Shown piece after piece: positions 7,330 through 16,516 of a DNA stretch of 64,000 bases. Numbering within the stretch: position 1 is the stretch's first letter; the number at the start of each line of letters is the position of its first letter. Below the pieces are notes generated by a model, which saw nothing but the letters and a program-made list of their open reading frames with translations, searched no databases and was not told where the DNA came from. The position numbers and the translations under genes are program-made. The DNA lies in contig JABIBQ010000066.1 in the NCBI GenBank assembly GCA_018652685.1, positions 701 to 64,700 on the forward strand, in the 5' to 3' direction. The stretch comes from Candidatus Bathyarchaeota archaeon. Lineage in GTDB: Archaea > Thermoproteota > Bathyarchaeia > TCS64.

Positions 7330-8103
7330 ATGTGGTTTACGATAGGAGCGATCCTAGTAGTTTTAGCAACGTTCGTCCTTCCAGCGTTCTACATAGTCCC
7401 TCAGTGGGAGAAAGCAGCGATAGTGAGGTTCGGAAGCATCGAGAAAATCATGGGAACCGGCCTACACTTCAGAGTCCCACTCATAGACACGATTATGCGC
7501 GTCGATATCAGGACTCAGACCATTGATCTGATGGGGCAGCAGGCCATCACAAGGGACAACATCAGTGTCATCATCGACGCTGTAGTCTTCATGCGGATAG
7601 AGGACCCCGAGAGGCTCATACTGGGCATCCAGGATTACCGCGTAGCGGTAAGCAAGTACGCCCAGACGGCCATCAGGAACATCATCGGAACCTACAACCT
7701 GGATGACCTGCTTGAGAGCAGGGAGGAGGTTGCAGGGAGGCTCAAGGAGGAGATCGATCTCCTGGTCAAGGACTGGGGTATCGATATCACTCGCGCGGGC
7801 CTACAGGACATCAGCCTGCCCGTCGACATGAAGCGGGCCTTCGCCGTTCAGGCCGAGGCCGAGCGTGAGTCGAGGGCTATCCAGATCAAGGCCAACGCCG
7901 AGCTTGAGGCAAGCCATAAGCTGAGGGAGGCGGCCTTGAACATGGGTGATCCCAACGCGATGCAGCTGCGTGTGCTAAGTACACTGAATGACATCAGCAA
8001 GGACCAAAGCAACACCATCATCCTGGCGCTGCCCCTTGAGACAATGGGCTCGATTGGAATACAGGGCGTCGCATCGCTGGCGGCCATCAAGAAAAAAGAG
8101 TAA
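7330..8103 (+). CDS. SPFH/Band-7 (stomatin/prohibitin-like) membrane protein
   Basis: 257 aa. N-terminal TM helix, then an SPFH core (IVRFGSIEKIMGTGLHFRVPLIDT...TRDNISVIIDAVVF) and a coiled C-terminus. Confidence 0.9.
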   Translation: MWFTIGAILVVLATFVLPAFYIVPQWEKAAIVRFGSIEKIMGTGLHFRVPLIDTIMRVDIRTQTIDLMGQQAITRDNISVIIDAVVFMRIEDPERLILGIQDYRVAVSKYAQTAIRNIIGTYNLDDLLESREEVAGRLKEEIDLLVKDWGIDITRAGLQDISLPVDMKRAFAVQAEAERESRAIQIKANAELEASHKLREAALNMGDPNAMQLRVLSTLNDISKDQSNTIILALPLETMGSIGIQGVASLAAIKKKE

Positions 8104-8104
8104 T

Positions 8105-8884
8105 CTAAAACGCGAGGTTAGGCAGCCAGGCCAGTATGGACAGGGTACCTAGCCCCACGCATATTTTCCAGAAACTTACTTCTCTAGCAAGAGCTAACAG
8201 CCTTCCAATCGTCAGGTATCCGACTAAAGCAGCCACTATAGCCGCAAACCCGGAGTACATGTCGGGCTGGAAGCCCTTGACAATCATCAGACCAAACGCT
8301 GCCGCGAAGCTGGCGGGGATGCTCATGAGGAAGCTGACCCTGAACGCCTCCTCGCCGTCAAAGTTTTTGAATAGCAGGATCGATGTGGTTATCCCGGACC
8401 TTGAGAGCCCTGGAATTATAGCAAGTCCCTGTGCCACGCCTAGTAATATTGTAAGGGGCCAAGAAAGCTCGGACCCCTCACGTGTTGATTTTGAAGCCTG
8501 CCTCTGGATCAGCCCCGTGGCTATCAGCGCAACCCCTGTCAACGCGAGAAGGGCCTCACCGAGGGGAGCCGAGACGTTGAGGAACATGAAGATGGGGAAC
8601 CCAACAAGGCCCGTTAACCCCGTCATTACCAACAGCCTGTAGAACATGTCCTTGTCCTCGGGGGTTTTCATCAATAGGATGTTCTGTACGGGCTCTCTGA
8701 AGTAGATCAGCGCGGCCAGACCAGTTCCGAGGTGAAGGAATATGGAGGGGTTCAGGGTCTCCTCAACGCCGTACCCGAATAGTTGGGTCAGGAGTATGAC
8801 CATGTTGCCCTCGCTGGACACTGGCAGCCACTCAAGCAGCCCCTGTAAAAGCCCCGAAATGATTGAGGCGGTTAACGAGTCCAC
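8105..8884 (-). CDS. uppP: Undecaprenyl-diphosphatase (BacA/UppP family)
   Basis: 259 aa polytopic membrane protein. LLEWLPVSSEGN (family EFLPVSSxGH) and PGLSRSGITTS (family SRSGxT) motifs. Confidence 0.85.
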   Translation of the reverse strand: MDSLTASIISGLLQGLLEWLPVSSEGNMVILLTQLFGYGVEETLNPSIFLHLGTGLAALIYFREPVQNILLMKTPEDKDMFYRLLVMTGLTGLVGFPIFMFLNVSAPLGEALLALTGVALIATGLIQRQASKSTREGSELSWPLTILLGVAQGLAIIPGLSRSGITTSILLFKNFDGEEAFRVSFLMSIPASFAAAFGLMIVKGFQPDMYSGFAAIVAALVGYLTIGRLLALAREVSFWKICVGLGTLSILAWLPNLAF

Positions 8885-8959
8885 ACAAGTAAAGAAGTGG
8901 TCTACGATAAAACCCGTGCGCCCAAACCATTATTAGACATCGTCCATCCAGAGTGAGTC

Positions 8960-9553
8960 ATGCCCATTGACCAGAAAGCCATCAAGGTGGAAATGAATCA
9001 GCTCATAGCTGTCAGAGACTTCAATGGGATGTTAGCGAAGGCGGGAAACATCCTTGACGATCACCCGTCGAGCTACCTGGGGAGATGGTGGATGGCTAGA
9101 ACCCTCACGTTCATGGGCAGGACTAACGAAGCCCTTGACTGGCTCATGATGGGTATGAGGAAAGCTGAATCGGACGAGGAGGAATCCAAAATCGCTTCGA
9201 GTATGGCCAATGTCTATAATGTTCAGAATCAGTGGGAGGACTCGCTGAACTATTCTGCCATCGCCCTGGAGCTTGACCCGAGGAACGTGGTCGGCGTCAT
9301 AGCACGCAGCATCGCGCTATCAGCGACGGGTAAGAGGGATGAGGCTTCAAGACTCCTCGACTCAAACAGAAAGCTCTACGTCGATGATTACCAGAAGGCA
9401 TGCGTTGCCGCGGTGAAGAGGAAAAAAGCGAAGATGCTTGAGCACCTCAGGAAGGCGGTCGAGGGCAATCCTCACAGCAAAGTCACGGTCCAATATGACC
9501 CTGATTTCGCCCCCTACCGGAAGGACGCCGAGTTCAGGGCGATTACCGCCTAG
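8960..9553 (+). CDS. TPR-repeat protein
   Basis: 197 aa, helical repeats with the W/A/Y/P spacing of TPRs (ALDWLMMGMRKAE, YNVQNQWEDSLNYSAIALELDPRN). Confidence 0.65.
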   Translation: MPIDQKAIKVEMNQLIAVRDFNGMLAKAGNILDDHPSSYLGRWWMARTLTFMGRTNEALDWLMMGMRKAESDEEESKIASSMANVYNVQNQWEDSLNYSAIALELDPRNVVGVIARSIALSATGKRDEASRLLDSNRKLYVDDYQKACVAAVKRKKAKMLEHLRKAVEGNPHSKVTVQYDPDFAPYRKDAEFRAITA

Positions 9554-9595
9554 ACAACTTTATCAGCGGAATCGCCGCGATATTATTGAATTCAC

Positions 9596-10474
9596 TTGAA
9601 AATCCTAGTCCTCTATGGCTCAAAGCCAAGTAAGAATAGCGTTGAATTAATCGAGGCAGCCCAGAACCAGGGCCACGAAGTGTACAGTGGCCCCACTGGA
9701 GACATCTCAAGTATGATCAGCAACGACGGCAGCAAGTTCTTGCTAGGTAAGAAGGACATATCGGATATTGACCTGTGCCTATTACGGAGTTTCGGGCCTG
9801 GTAGCACAGAGCAGTCAACCCGCCGCATCAGCTTGCTGGAGCACATGGAAGTGGCAGGCATTAAGGTCGTGAATAGCACCTACCCGTTCAGGAGGAGCAG
9901 GGACAAGTACGCAACACAGTACGTGCTCCACGCAGCTGGTATTCCAATCCCTCAGACCTTCACAACAGAGAGCCTGGCGAGGGCATACCAGATCACCAAC
10001 GAGATGGGCAAGACCATCTACAAGCCCATCCTGGGAAGCATGGGAAGGGGCAGTATGAAGTTTGATGACGCTGACCTGGCTTACAACGCCTACAGGCTGC
10101 TTGACAGGCTGCACCACCCATTGATACTGCAGAAATACGTCCAGACTCCTGGCAGGGACATCAGGGTCTTCATCGTGGGCGACGAGTTAGTGGGGGCTGT
10201 CTACAAATATCTTCCGGAGGGCGAATGGAAGAGCAACGTGGCACAGGGAGGCAAGATGGTTGAAGAGGAGATGAGCGACGAGATCATCGAAATGGCTTTC
10301 AAGGCAAATGAGGCAATGGGCTTGGATTACTCGGGCGTAGACATCCTGGAATCATCGGAGGGACCGATAGTCCTTGAGGTGAACGCCTCTCCAGGCTGGC
10401 AGGGGTTAAAGAAGGCAACGGGAAAGGACATCGCAGAGGTAATCGTCAGGTACGGGGTTGAGCAGGTTGAGTGA
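9596..10474 (+). CDS. RimK-family ATP-grasp alpha-L-glutamate ligase (CofF/MptN/LysX-like)
   Basis: 292 aa, TTG start. ATP-grasp blocks KPILGSMGRGSMK, ILQKYV...GRDIRVFIVGDELVGAVYK, and GVDILES..GPIVLEVNASPGW. Confidence 0.8.
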   Translation: MKILVLYGSKPSKNSVELIEAAQNQGHEVYSGPTGDISSMISNDGSKFLLGKKDISDIDLCLLRSFGPGSTEQSTRRISLLEHMEVAGIKVVNSTYPFRRSRDKYATQYVLHAAGIPIPQTFTTESLARAYQITNEMGKTIYKPILGSMGRGSMKFDDADLAYNAYRLLDRLHHPLILQKYVQTPGRDIRVFIVGDELVGAVYKYLPEGEWKSNVAQGGKMVEEEMSDEIIEMAFKANEAMGLDYSGVDILESSEGPIVLEVNASPGWQGLKKATGKDIAEVIVRYGVEQVE

Positions 10475-10841
10475 CGAGCTTTCAAAGATATCAATCAAGA
10501 TCACAGTGATTGACAAGGGAGAGGCCACGGGATACCTGAACAGGTTGACCGCGCCACTGACGGTGGGAGCGATCTCTCAGAGGCTTCCCATCAACAGCAG
10601 GACAAGTCCAGCCATGGGGCACGTATCAATACTGATTGACATCCAGAGGGGAGTGGAGAAACCTGTGACGCAGGTGAAGGCGGGCACCATCGCTTACTGG
10701 CCCAGAAGCGACGCAGTCACCATCTATCCAAAGGACACCAAGACATATGGGCCAGTGAACAAGATAGGCGAGATCGAGGAAAACTTACAGCTTTTCAATA
10801 GGCTCAGAAGCGGTTTAAGGATAATAATAGAGAAAATCTAG
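10458..10841 (+). CDS. Cyclophilin-like (TM1367-type) domain protein
   Basis: 127 aa. AGTIAYWPRSDAVTIYP...GPVNKIGEI resembles the cyclophilin-like PF04126 signature. Overlaps the upstream ligase by 17 nt (TTG start; alternative TTG at 10467). Confidence 0.55.
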   Translation: MSRLSDELSKISIKITVIDKGEATGYLNRLTAPLTVGAISQRLPINSRTSPAMGHVSILIDIQRGVEKPVTQVKAGTIAYWPRSDAVTIYPKDTKTYGPVNKIGEIEENLQLFNRLRSGLRIIIEKI

Positions 10842-11089
10842 GCTTCGCCAACCATCTTGTAGACTTTAAGGTTCGTGCTGCGGATGACAAACTCAACGAC
10901 TCCCTTTGACTCCAGGTCAATGAGCATCCTCTTCGCCACGCTGACTTTAAGATTGAACCTAATCGCTACTGCTGTTGGTGTGATGGCCTTCATTCCTCTG
11001 AGAGCCCCAAGGGTCTCTTTGCTTGTGAGATCGGGGATATCGACACCGCCGACAATTTTCTCTCTACGTCCTGTATTTTGAGTAGACAT
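10838..11089 (-). CDS. rps25e: 30S ribosomal protein eS25
   Basis: 83 aa. Winged-helix core ITPTAVAIRFNLKVSVAKRMLIDLESKGVV typical of S25e. Confidence 0.8.
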   Translation of the reverse strand: MSTQNTGRREKIVGGVDIPDLTSKETLGALRGMKAITPTAVAIRFNLKVSVAKRMLIDLESKGVVEFVIRSTNLKVYKMVGEA

Positions 11090-11135
11090 TATTGTTCACC
11101 CACCAAATCATGGGTGTGAATTAAAAACCCTGCGG

Positions 11136-11837
11136 CTAAAGATACTTTTGTATCTCTTCGACGCTGAGAGACCTGAACTTTTTGGTCTCTTTTGTCACGA
11201 CCGCGATGTTCACCCCATCAGCAGACAGGTCATTATCCGATGCCTCTTTCAAAGCCTGTGCAGATAGGGCAATGGCTTCATCCAACGTGATCTCCAGTCG
11301 ATACTCCTCCTTGAGGACCGCTAACGCCTTATCGCTGTTGCGCCCAACGGATGTGGCCCTGTATCCTCGGTAGCTCCCGCTTGGGTCCGTCGCGATCAGG
11401 CTGACTCTGTGGTCATCAACACCACCAAACAGCAAACTGACGCCGAACGGCCTTACGCCTGCGTTCTGGGTGTATCTTTGGAGTAGGTCGCCAACCGCAC
11501 TGGCTAGGTCTTCGATATCAGCTGGCTCATCGTATGTCATCTTGTTACTCTGACAAAAGAGCCTGGACTGTTTGATCAGCACACGGGCATCCGGGCTGAG
11601 GCCCGCTATCGCCACGCCGACGTGGTCATCGATCCTGAATATCTTCTTGCTACTTGTAGGCGCTGCCAGCTTGCTCAGCTGCGGCTCAAGAACCGCGAGG
11701 ACTACTCCCTCATCACTCTTGATGCCTACTATTGGGCTGCCCCTCTTGACTAGCTCTAGGGCGTACTCGACCTGGTAGATTCTTCCCTCTGGTGAGAAGA
11801 TTGTGATTGCTCCGTCGTATTCTCTTCCGCGTGACAT
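11136..11837 (-). CDS. psmA: Proteasome subunit alpha
   Basis: 233 aa. YDGAITIFSPEGRIYQVEYALE N-terminal signature. Confidence 0.95.
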   Translation of the reverse strand: MSRGREYDGAITIFSPEGRIYQVEYALELVKRGSPIVGIKSDEGVVLAVLEPQLSKLAAPTSSKKIFRIDDHVGVAIAGLSPDARVLIKQSRLFCQSNKMTYDEPADIEDLASAVGDLLQRYTQNAGVRPFGVSLLFGGVDDHRVSLIATDPSGSYRGYRATSVGRNSDKALAVLKEEYRLEITLDEAIALSAQALKEASDNDLSADGVNIAVVTKETKKFRSLSVEEIQKYL

Positions 11838-11984
11838 TGTTGATCAGCCCGAAATATCTTGAATAGGGAATGTACCCCCGTTTTTAAAGGTAGTCAAAGT
11901 TTTTTTTAAGGGCAATTGGAGCCTGTTACGGGGAAATATTGGCCAGACAAAGCTGCGGAAATGAGCCTATGATTTGATCGACAT

Positions 11985-11993
11985 TTTTTATGC
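11985..11993 (+). promoter_or_regulatory. TATA box for a leaderless flavin-reductase mRNA
   Basis: TTTTTTATG is centred about 26 nt upstream of ATG 12015. Confidence 0.45.
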
Positions 11994-12014
11994 GTTGAAT
12001 AACATTAACTCTCT

Positions 12015-12551
12015 ATGACCAAGATAGAGCTACCCGAAAATCGCAGGCTCCAAGTCGGACCCACAGGCAGTATCGTACTGGTTTCGTGTGGAGAAGGAGA
12101 TGAGGCAAATATCATCACTGTAGGGATGTACATGCCGATAAGCGTCAGGCCGCCGCTGGTTTGCATAGGAATAGCACCACAGAGATATAGCCACCAGCTG
12201 ATCGAGAAGACAGGGGAATTTGTGGTCAACTCACCATCCATCTCCATCGAGAAGGAGATGCATTACTGTGGCGTGAGCTCCGGCCGCAAGGTAAACAAGT
12301 GGAAGGAAACAGGCCTGACACAATTACCATCGTTGAAGGTCAAGATTCCGAGGATCAAGGAGTGTTTTGGTCATCTTGAATGCAAAGTTGTTAAAGCTTA
12401 CACTGTTGGCGACCACACGTTGTTCATCGGGGAGGTCGTGGCCACATCAGCGGATGAGGAGGTAATGAACGGGGATACACTGAATCCAATGAAGGCAAGG
12501 CCCATCGTCCAGAAGAACCACGTCTACTTCACGGTGACAGATCAGAAATGA
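12015..12551 (+). CDS. Flavin reductase-like FMN-binding protein
   Basis: 178 aa. Flavin_Reduct-type blocks (IITVGMYMPISVRPPLVCIGI, GDHTLFIGEVV). Confidence 0.8.
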   Translation: MTKIELPENRRLQVGPTGSIVLVSCGEGDEANIITVGMYMPISVRPPLVCIGIAPQRYSHQLIEKTGEFVVNSPSISIEKEMHYCGVSSGRKVNKWKETGLTQLPSLKVKIPRIKECFGHLECKVVKAYTVGDHTLFIGEVVATSADEEVMNGDTLNPMKARPIVQKNHVYFTVTDQK

Positions 12552-12552
12552 T

Positions 12553-13845
12553 CTATACGATTAGCTCTATCGCCTTTTCACGGCCATACCGCTCGTAGGG
12601 CTTCATCAGGTGTCTGTGGGCTCCCTTGTCAGGGAGGTATATTCCGGGAACAATAACCCGATCCTGCTCGACCTTTTCCTCGACCAAGTCTTCTCCTCTG
12701 TATCCACATTTCTTGCATCTGAGCCCTTGGCCCTTGCCCATGGACCCCGTTGAGCCCCCGCACTCTGGGCATTTTGGTTTGACGGATGTGACCAGGGAAG
12801 CCGTTTCGTGAAGGGCCAGTTTCTCGATGTTCAGGGTCAGCTCCTTTTCGTGGATACTGACACCAGAGTATACTGTCACAACGTCTCCCGGGATCAGCTT
12901 GCGAACGACAGCCCTGAATGAACCCGTCGGCTCAAATGCGGCGCAGTCGACAGTACCAGTCTTGTCTCTGAGCCTGAAGAAAACGTGGCCGCCCTCAATG
13001 GTTTCTGGTATGGAGTCCACTTCCCCATATACGACGGCTGGATTGAACGGTTCCAGTCCAGAGACTTTCACCGGTACATCGTAATGCAAGTCTGTGCCCT
13101 GGTTCGATCGGCAGATCATCCACCGCTCCACTGGTTCAAGTGGCTTGATCATCTGCATCGCGTCATAGACGGCTTCAGGAGTCTCTCCCCTCACCCCATA
13201 GAGCACCGGGTCTGGCCCCCTTGGTGTGATCAAAGGCCTCCCTTTCTCGTCCAGATTGTTGAATGTGGAGTTGGACAGAGTCGCGTCCATTGCAACAATC
13301 GAGGCGTCATCCATCCTGCGGGGGGTCCCCCAGTTTTCTGGGGTACGGTATGTTAGAAGCTCGTAGGTCAGGTCCCCCTCAAGAGTGCCACCTATAGCAG
13401 CTAGCGCCCCGATTATCCCCCTGCCGTTTTTGTACTCCATGTAATCCATCTCATGTTTCTCGATGAGGTCCATTGCCAGTTTCTTCTCCACCAGCGACTT
13501 GACCACGGTATCAGAATAAGTTTTGACATTATCGGGTACATTGCCCTTCAGGAAAACGATACCCGGGTTGGTGTTGTCGCATGAGAACTCGCCGTACTCG
13601 TCCACCAGCTCCTTGACGGCGTTTTGGACTGCTCCGTAAAGGGATTCATCGATCTTCAGCCTCAGACATACAGAGGCGTTCCCTCTGGTCTTCCAGGGGG
13701 TGTTCGGGTTCAGCCTTAGAAGCGTAGGATAGCCGTTGAACTCCGCCCCAAGACCCATTAGACGCTCAACCAGGACGGCGGCAACATATGTCGTGCATCC
13801 TCCCCCTGGGCTATCCGTGTCGTCAAGACCGATGTGGAGCATCAA
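12553..13845 (-). CDS. tiaS: tRNA(Ile2) 2-agmatinylcytidine synthetase
   Basis: 430 aa. N-terminal HIGLDDTDSPGGGCTTY, an OB-like middle region, and a C-terminal zinc ribbon CPECG...CKKCG. Confidence 0.85.
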   Translation of the reverse strand: MMLHIGLDDTDSPGGGCTTYVAAVLVERLMGLGAEFNGYPTLLRLNPNTPWKTRGNASVCLRLKIDESLYGAVQNAVKELVDEYGEFSCDNTNPGIVFLKGNVPDNVKTYSDTVVKSLVEKKLAMDLIEKHEMDYMEYKNGRGIIGALAAIGGTLEGDLTYELLTYRTPENWGTPRRMDDASIVAMDATLSNSTFNNLDEKGRPLITPRGPDPVLYGVRGETPEAVYDAMQMIKPLEPVERWMICRSNQGTDLHYDVPVKVSGLEPFNPAVVYGEVDSIPETIEGGHVFFRLRDKTGTVDCAAFEPTGSFRAVVRKLIPGDVVTVYSGVSIHEKELTLNIEKLALHETASLVTSVKPKCPECGGSTGSMGKGQGLRCKKCGYRGEDLVEEKVEQDRVIVPGIYLPDKGAHRHLMKPYERYGREKAIELIV

Positions 13846-13896
13846 TTCGTCTGGTTGTTGTCTACAAAAGGAATAAAGATTTTGAAAAAGATTGGG

Positions 13897-14133
13897 TTAG
13901 ACCACGATCATTGTGAGCGTGGATCGAACCTTATCGAGGCGGCGGATCTTCCAGCTGATGATGTCCTTGAGTTCCTGCATCGTCTCGGTGGATATGCGTG
14001 CGATTATGTCATAAACCCCGTAGACCATGTGCGCCTCTTTGACCTCATCAATCTCCTTCAGTCCTTTGAGAACCTCGCTCTCTGATCCTATCTCCGCATT
14101 GATTAGTACGAAAGCTGTTGCCAAAACTTGCAC
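13897..14133 (-). CDS. Stand-alone Lrp/AsnC ligand-binding (RAM) domain protein
   Basis: 78 aa. VLINAEIGSESEVLKGLKEIDEVKEAHMVYGVYDIIARI. Confidence 0.75.
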   Translation of the reverse strand: MQVLATAFVLINAEIGSESEVLKGLKEIDEVKEAHMVYGVYDIIARISTETMQELKDIISWKIRRLDKVRSTLTMIVV

Positions 14134-14177
14134 CTAATTATGATCGAATGTGACGGGATTTAAGCGTTATCAGAGTA

Positions 14178-14190
14178 GGTATAATAATTA
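14178..14190 (+). promoter_or_regulatory. TATA box for a leaderless HAD hydrolase mRNA
   Basis: GGTATAATAATTA is centred about 27 nt upstream of ATG 14211. Confidence 0.45.
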
Positions 14191-14210
14191 CCACTGGATA
14201 TGTGAAGCCC

Positions 14211-14933
14211 ATGCTCAAACTGATGATAAACGGCAGACAATACAGCCCGACCCTGATTCTATTCGATGTGGACGGAACTCTAGTTGATGACAGCCACCGT
14301 TACAGTAACCTGGGGAAGGCCAGATACACCGCGTACAAGGAAAACGTGTCAGGGAGAGCAGCTAAACAGTGGGCTAGGTTATCCGGGGTAAACCCAGAGG
14401 ACTGGACCATCGATCCCACGGGTCCAATTAGCAAGGCTCCTAGACGGGACGACCTGGCGATAGCGGGGGCAGCTCTTTACCTTGAAGGATTCAACTGGTA
14501 CGACGCGAAGGAGAAAGCCGAGGAGCTCTATGGGATCGCGGATAAGATTCAAGCAGAAACCTTTGTTCCCGAACTATATGAGGGTGTGAAGGAAAAAATG
14601 GTTGAGCTCCTTGATGCGGGGTTCAAACTAGGGATAGCAACCAACGGAGAAACAGGGCTAACTGATGAAATTCTTGTTGGACTAGGTATTCGGGAATTGT
14701 TTTCTGTTATAGTAGGTGCGGACAAGGTTGAGAACAGTAAACCCGCACCGGATATGATACTCCTAGCGTGCAACCGGATAGGGGTCTCCGTCTCAGAGAC
14801 TATGTATGTCGGAGATCAACACACAGATATTAGGGCAGCAAAGGCCGCGGGAGCTATCGCCTACATTGCGGTTAGAAACCAGATTGAGGAAGCCACAGAG
14901 AACACATCTTCAGTAGCAGATTTTGTGATATAA
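14211..14933 (+). CDS. HAD-superfamily hydrolase (phosphatase, subfamily IA-like)
   Basis: Motif I LFDVDGTLVDD, motif II GIATNG, motif IV YVGDQHTDIRAAKAAG. The track ORF begins at GTG 14202; the TATA position favours ATG 14211. Confidence 0.8.
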   Translation: MLKLMINGRQYSPTLILFDVDGTLVDDSHRYSNLGKARYTAYKENVSGRAAKQWARLSGVNPEDWTIDPTGPISKAPRRDDLAIAGAALYLEGFNWYDAKEKAEELYGIADKIQAETFVPELYEGVKEKMVELLDAGFKLGIATNGETGLTDEILVGLGIRELFSVIVGADKVENSKPAPDMILLACNRIGVSVSETMYVGDQHTDIRAAKAAGAIAYIAVRNQIEEATENTSSVADFVI

Positions 14934-15004
14934 TGTCTATAATATAGCCATTTCAAGGAAAACCCAGATATTGTTCGCGTGCGGATGAACCATAAGGTGT
15001 ACAC

Positions 15005-16516
15005 ATGATTCTGGGTGATTATATAACGGTCAAGGAGATGATAGCCATCGAGATGAACGCCGAGGCACTGGGCGTCTCGACACAGCTCATGATGGAGAAC
15101 GCAGGAAGGGCCATCGCCAACGAGATAGCAAGCAGGTTCCCAAAGGGATCAAAAGTCGTAGCTGTTTCTGGGGTCACGGGTAACGGTGGGGACGCTTTCA
15201 CCGCTGCACGTCATCTAGTATGTCAGGGGTACGAGGTAGAGTCATGGGTACTGGGAGACCCCAAGAATATCACTCTCAAGAACAGCCGGGTAAACTACAA
15301 TGCCATTGACCATATGACCCAGAGCATTAATATCAAGGCAATCAGGGACAGCAGTCTCATCGAGCCCATCTTGGCAGACGTAGTAATCGATGGCCTAATC
15401 GGCACCAGCCTTAGAGGACCGTTGAGACCACCGTTCCTCCAGATGGTCCAGACCATCAATGCCTCCGACGCGTACAAGGTCTCGGTTGACATCCCGACGG
15501 GCATGGAGGCATCCACGGGAGACATTCACGGGGAGGCGGTTCACGCTGACCTGACATTGACGTTCCACAAGCCCAAAACAGGCTACAAAAACAACCCAGG
15601 CGCCACAAAGGAGCTTATACCTACAAGCATAGGCATCCCACCAGAGGCAGAGCACTATGTGGGCCCCGGCGATATATTCCTGACCCACCACGAGAAAAGC
15701 CCAAACAGCCACAAGGGGTTGAGCGGGAGCCTGCTCGTAGTTGGGGGAAGCGAGACGTACTCGGGCGCTCCAGCCTTGACATCTCTTGCGGCTTACAGGC
15801 TGGGCCTTGACCTCGTCTACACGGCGGTCCCGGAGTCGGCCGCCCAGGTAGTTGCATCATACAGCCCAAGCTTGATTACCTGCAAACTCAAAGGAGAGAG
15901 ATTAACCATCGAAAGCCTTACCCACATAGAGAAAATCCTGGGGAAGGTATCAGCAGTAGCAATTGGCCCTGGACTCGGTATGGCAGATGACACAGTCGAG
16001 GCCGTGGGTAAGCTCGTTGAGATGGTAGGGGAGAGTGGACTACCCCTCGTCCTTGACGCGGACGGATTAAAGGCGTATGCAAATAACCCGGTCAAGCTAG
16101 CTTCACCAACTGTCTTCACCCCACACGGCAGGGAGTTCAAGCTACTGATAGGGGAGACGGCGAAAGGAAATCACCTCCAGAAGGGCGAGATCGTATCAGA
16201 TGCCGCGAAGAAACTTGGTGGAATAGTCCTCCTCAAGGGAGAAGTAGACATCATCAGCGATGGAGATTACACACGTTTCAACTGGACTGGAAATCCAGGG
16301 ATGACTGTCGGTGGCACCGGAGACCTGCTCACCGGACTGGTAGGTTGTTATTTGGCCCAGAAGACCAAGCCATTCTACGCCGCGTGCTCCGCAGCATACC
16401 TGAACGGCAAGGCTGGAGACAATGTCGCCAAAAAGAAAGGATACCACATCTTGCCCGAGGACCTACTTGACGAGTTCCCAGAAGTGGTTGAGAACTGCCT
16501 CAGCCACAGGGTCTAG
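15005..16516 (+). CDS. nnr: Bifunctional NAD(P)H-hydrate repair enzyme (epimerase plus ADP-dependent dehydratase)
   Basis: 503 aa. N-terminal YjeF_N (GVTGNGGDAF) and a C-terminal carbohydrate-kinase domain (GGSETYSGAPAL...GTGDLLTG). Confidence 0.9.
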   Translation: MILGDYITVKEMIAIEMNAEALGVSTQLMMENAGRAIANEIASRFPKGSKVVAVSGVTGNGGDAFTAARHLVCQGYEVESWVLGDPKNITLKNSRVNYNAIDHMTQSINIKAIRDSSLIEPILADVVIDGLIGTSLRGPLRPPFLQMVQTINASDAYKVSVDIPTGMEASTGDIHGEAVHADLTLTFHKPKTGYKNNPGATKELIPTSIGIPPEAEHYVGPGDIFLTHHEKSPNSHKGLSGSLLVVGGSETYSGAPALTSLAAYRLGLDLVYTAVPESAAQVVASYSPSLITCKLKGERLTIESLTHIEKILGKVSAVAIGPGLGMADDTVEAVGKLVEMVGESGLPLVLDADGLKAYANNPVKLASPTVFTPHGREFKLLIGETAKGNHLQKGEIVSDAAKKLGGIVLLKGEVDIISDGDYTRFNWTGNPGMTVGGTGDLLTGLVGCYLAQKTKPFYAACSAAYLNGKAGDNVAKKKGYHILPEDLLDEFPEVVENCLSHRV

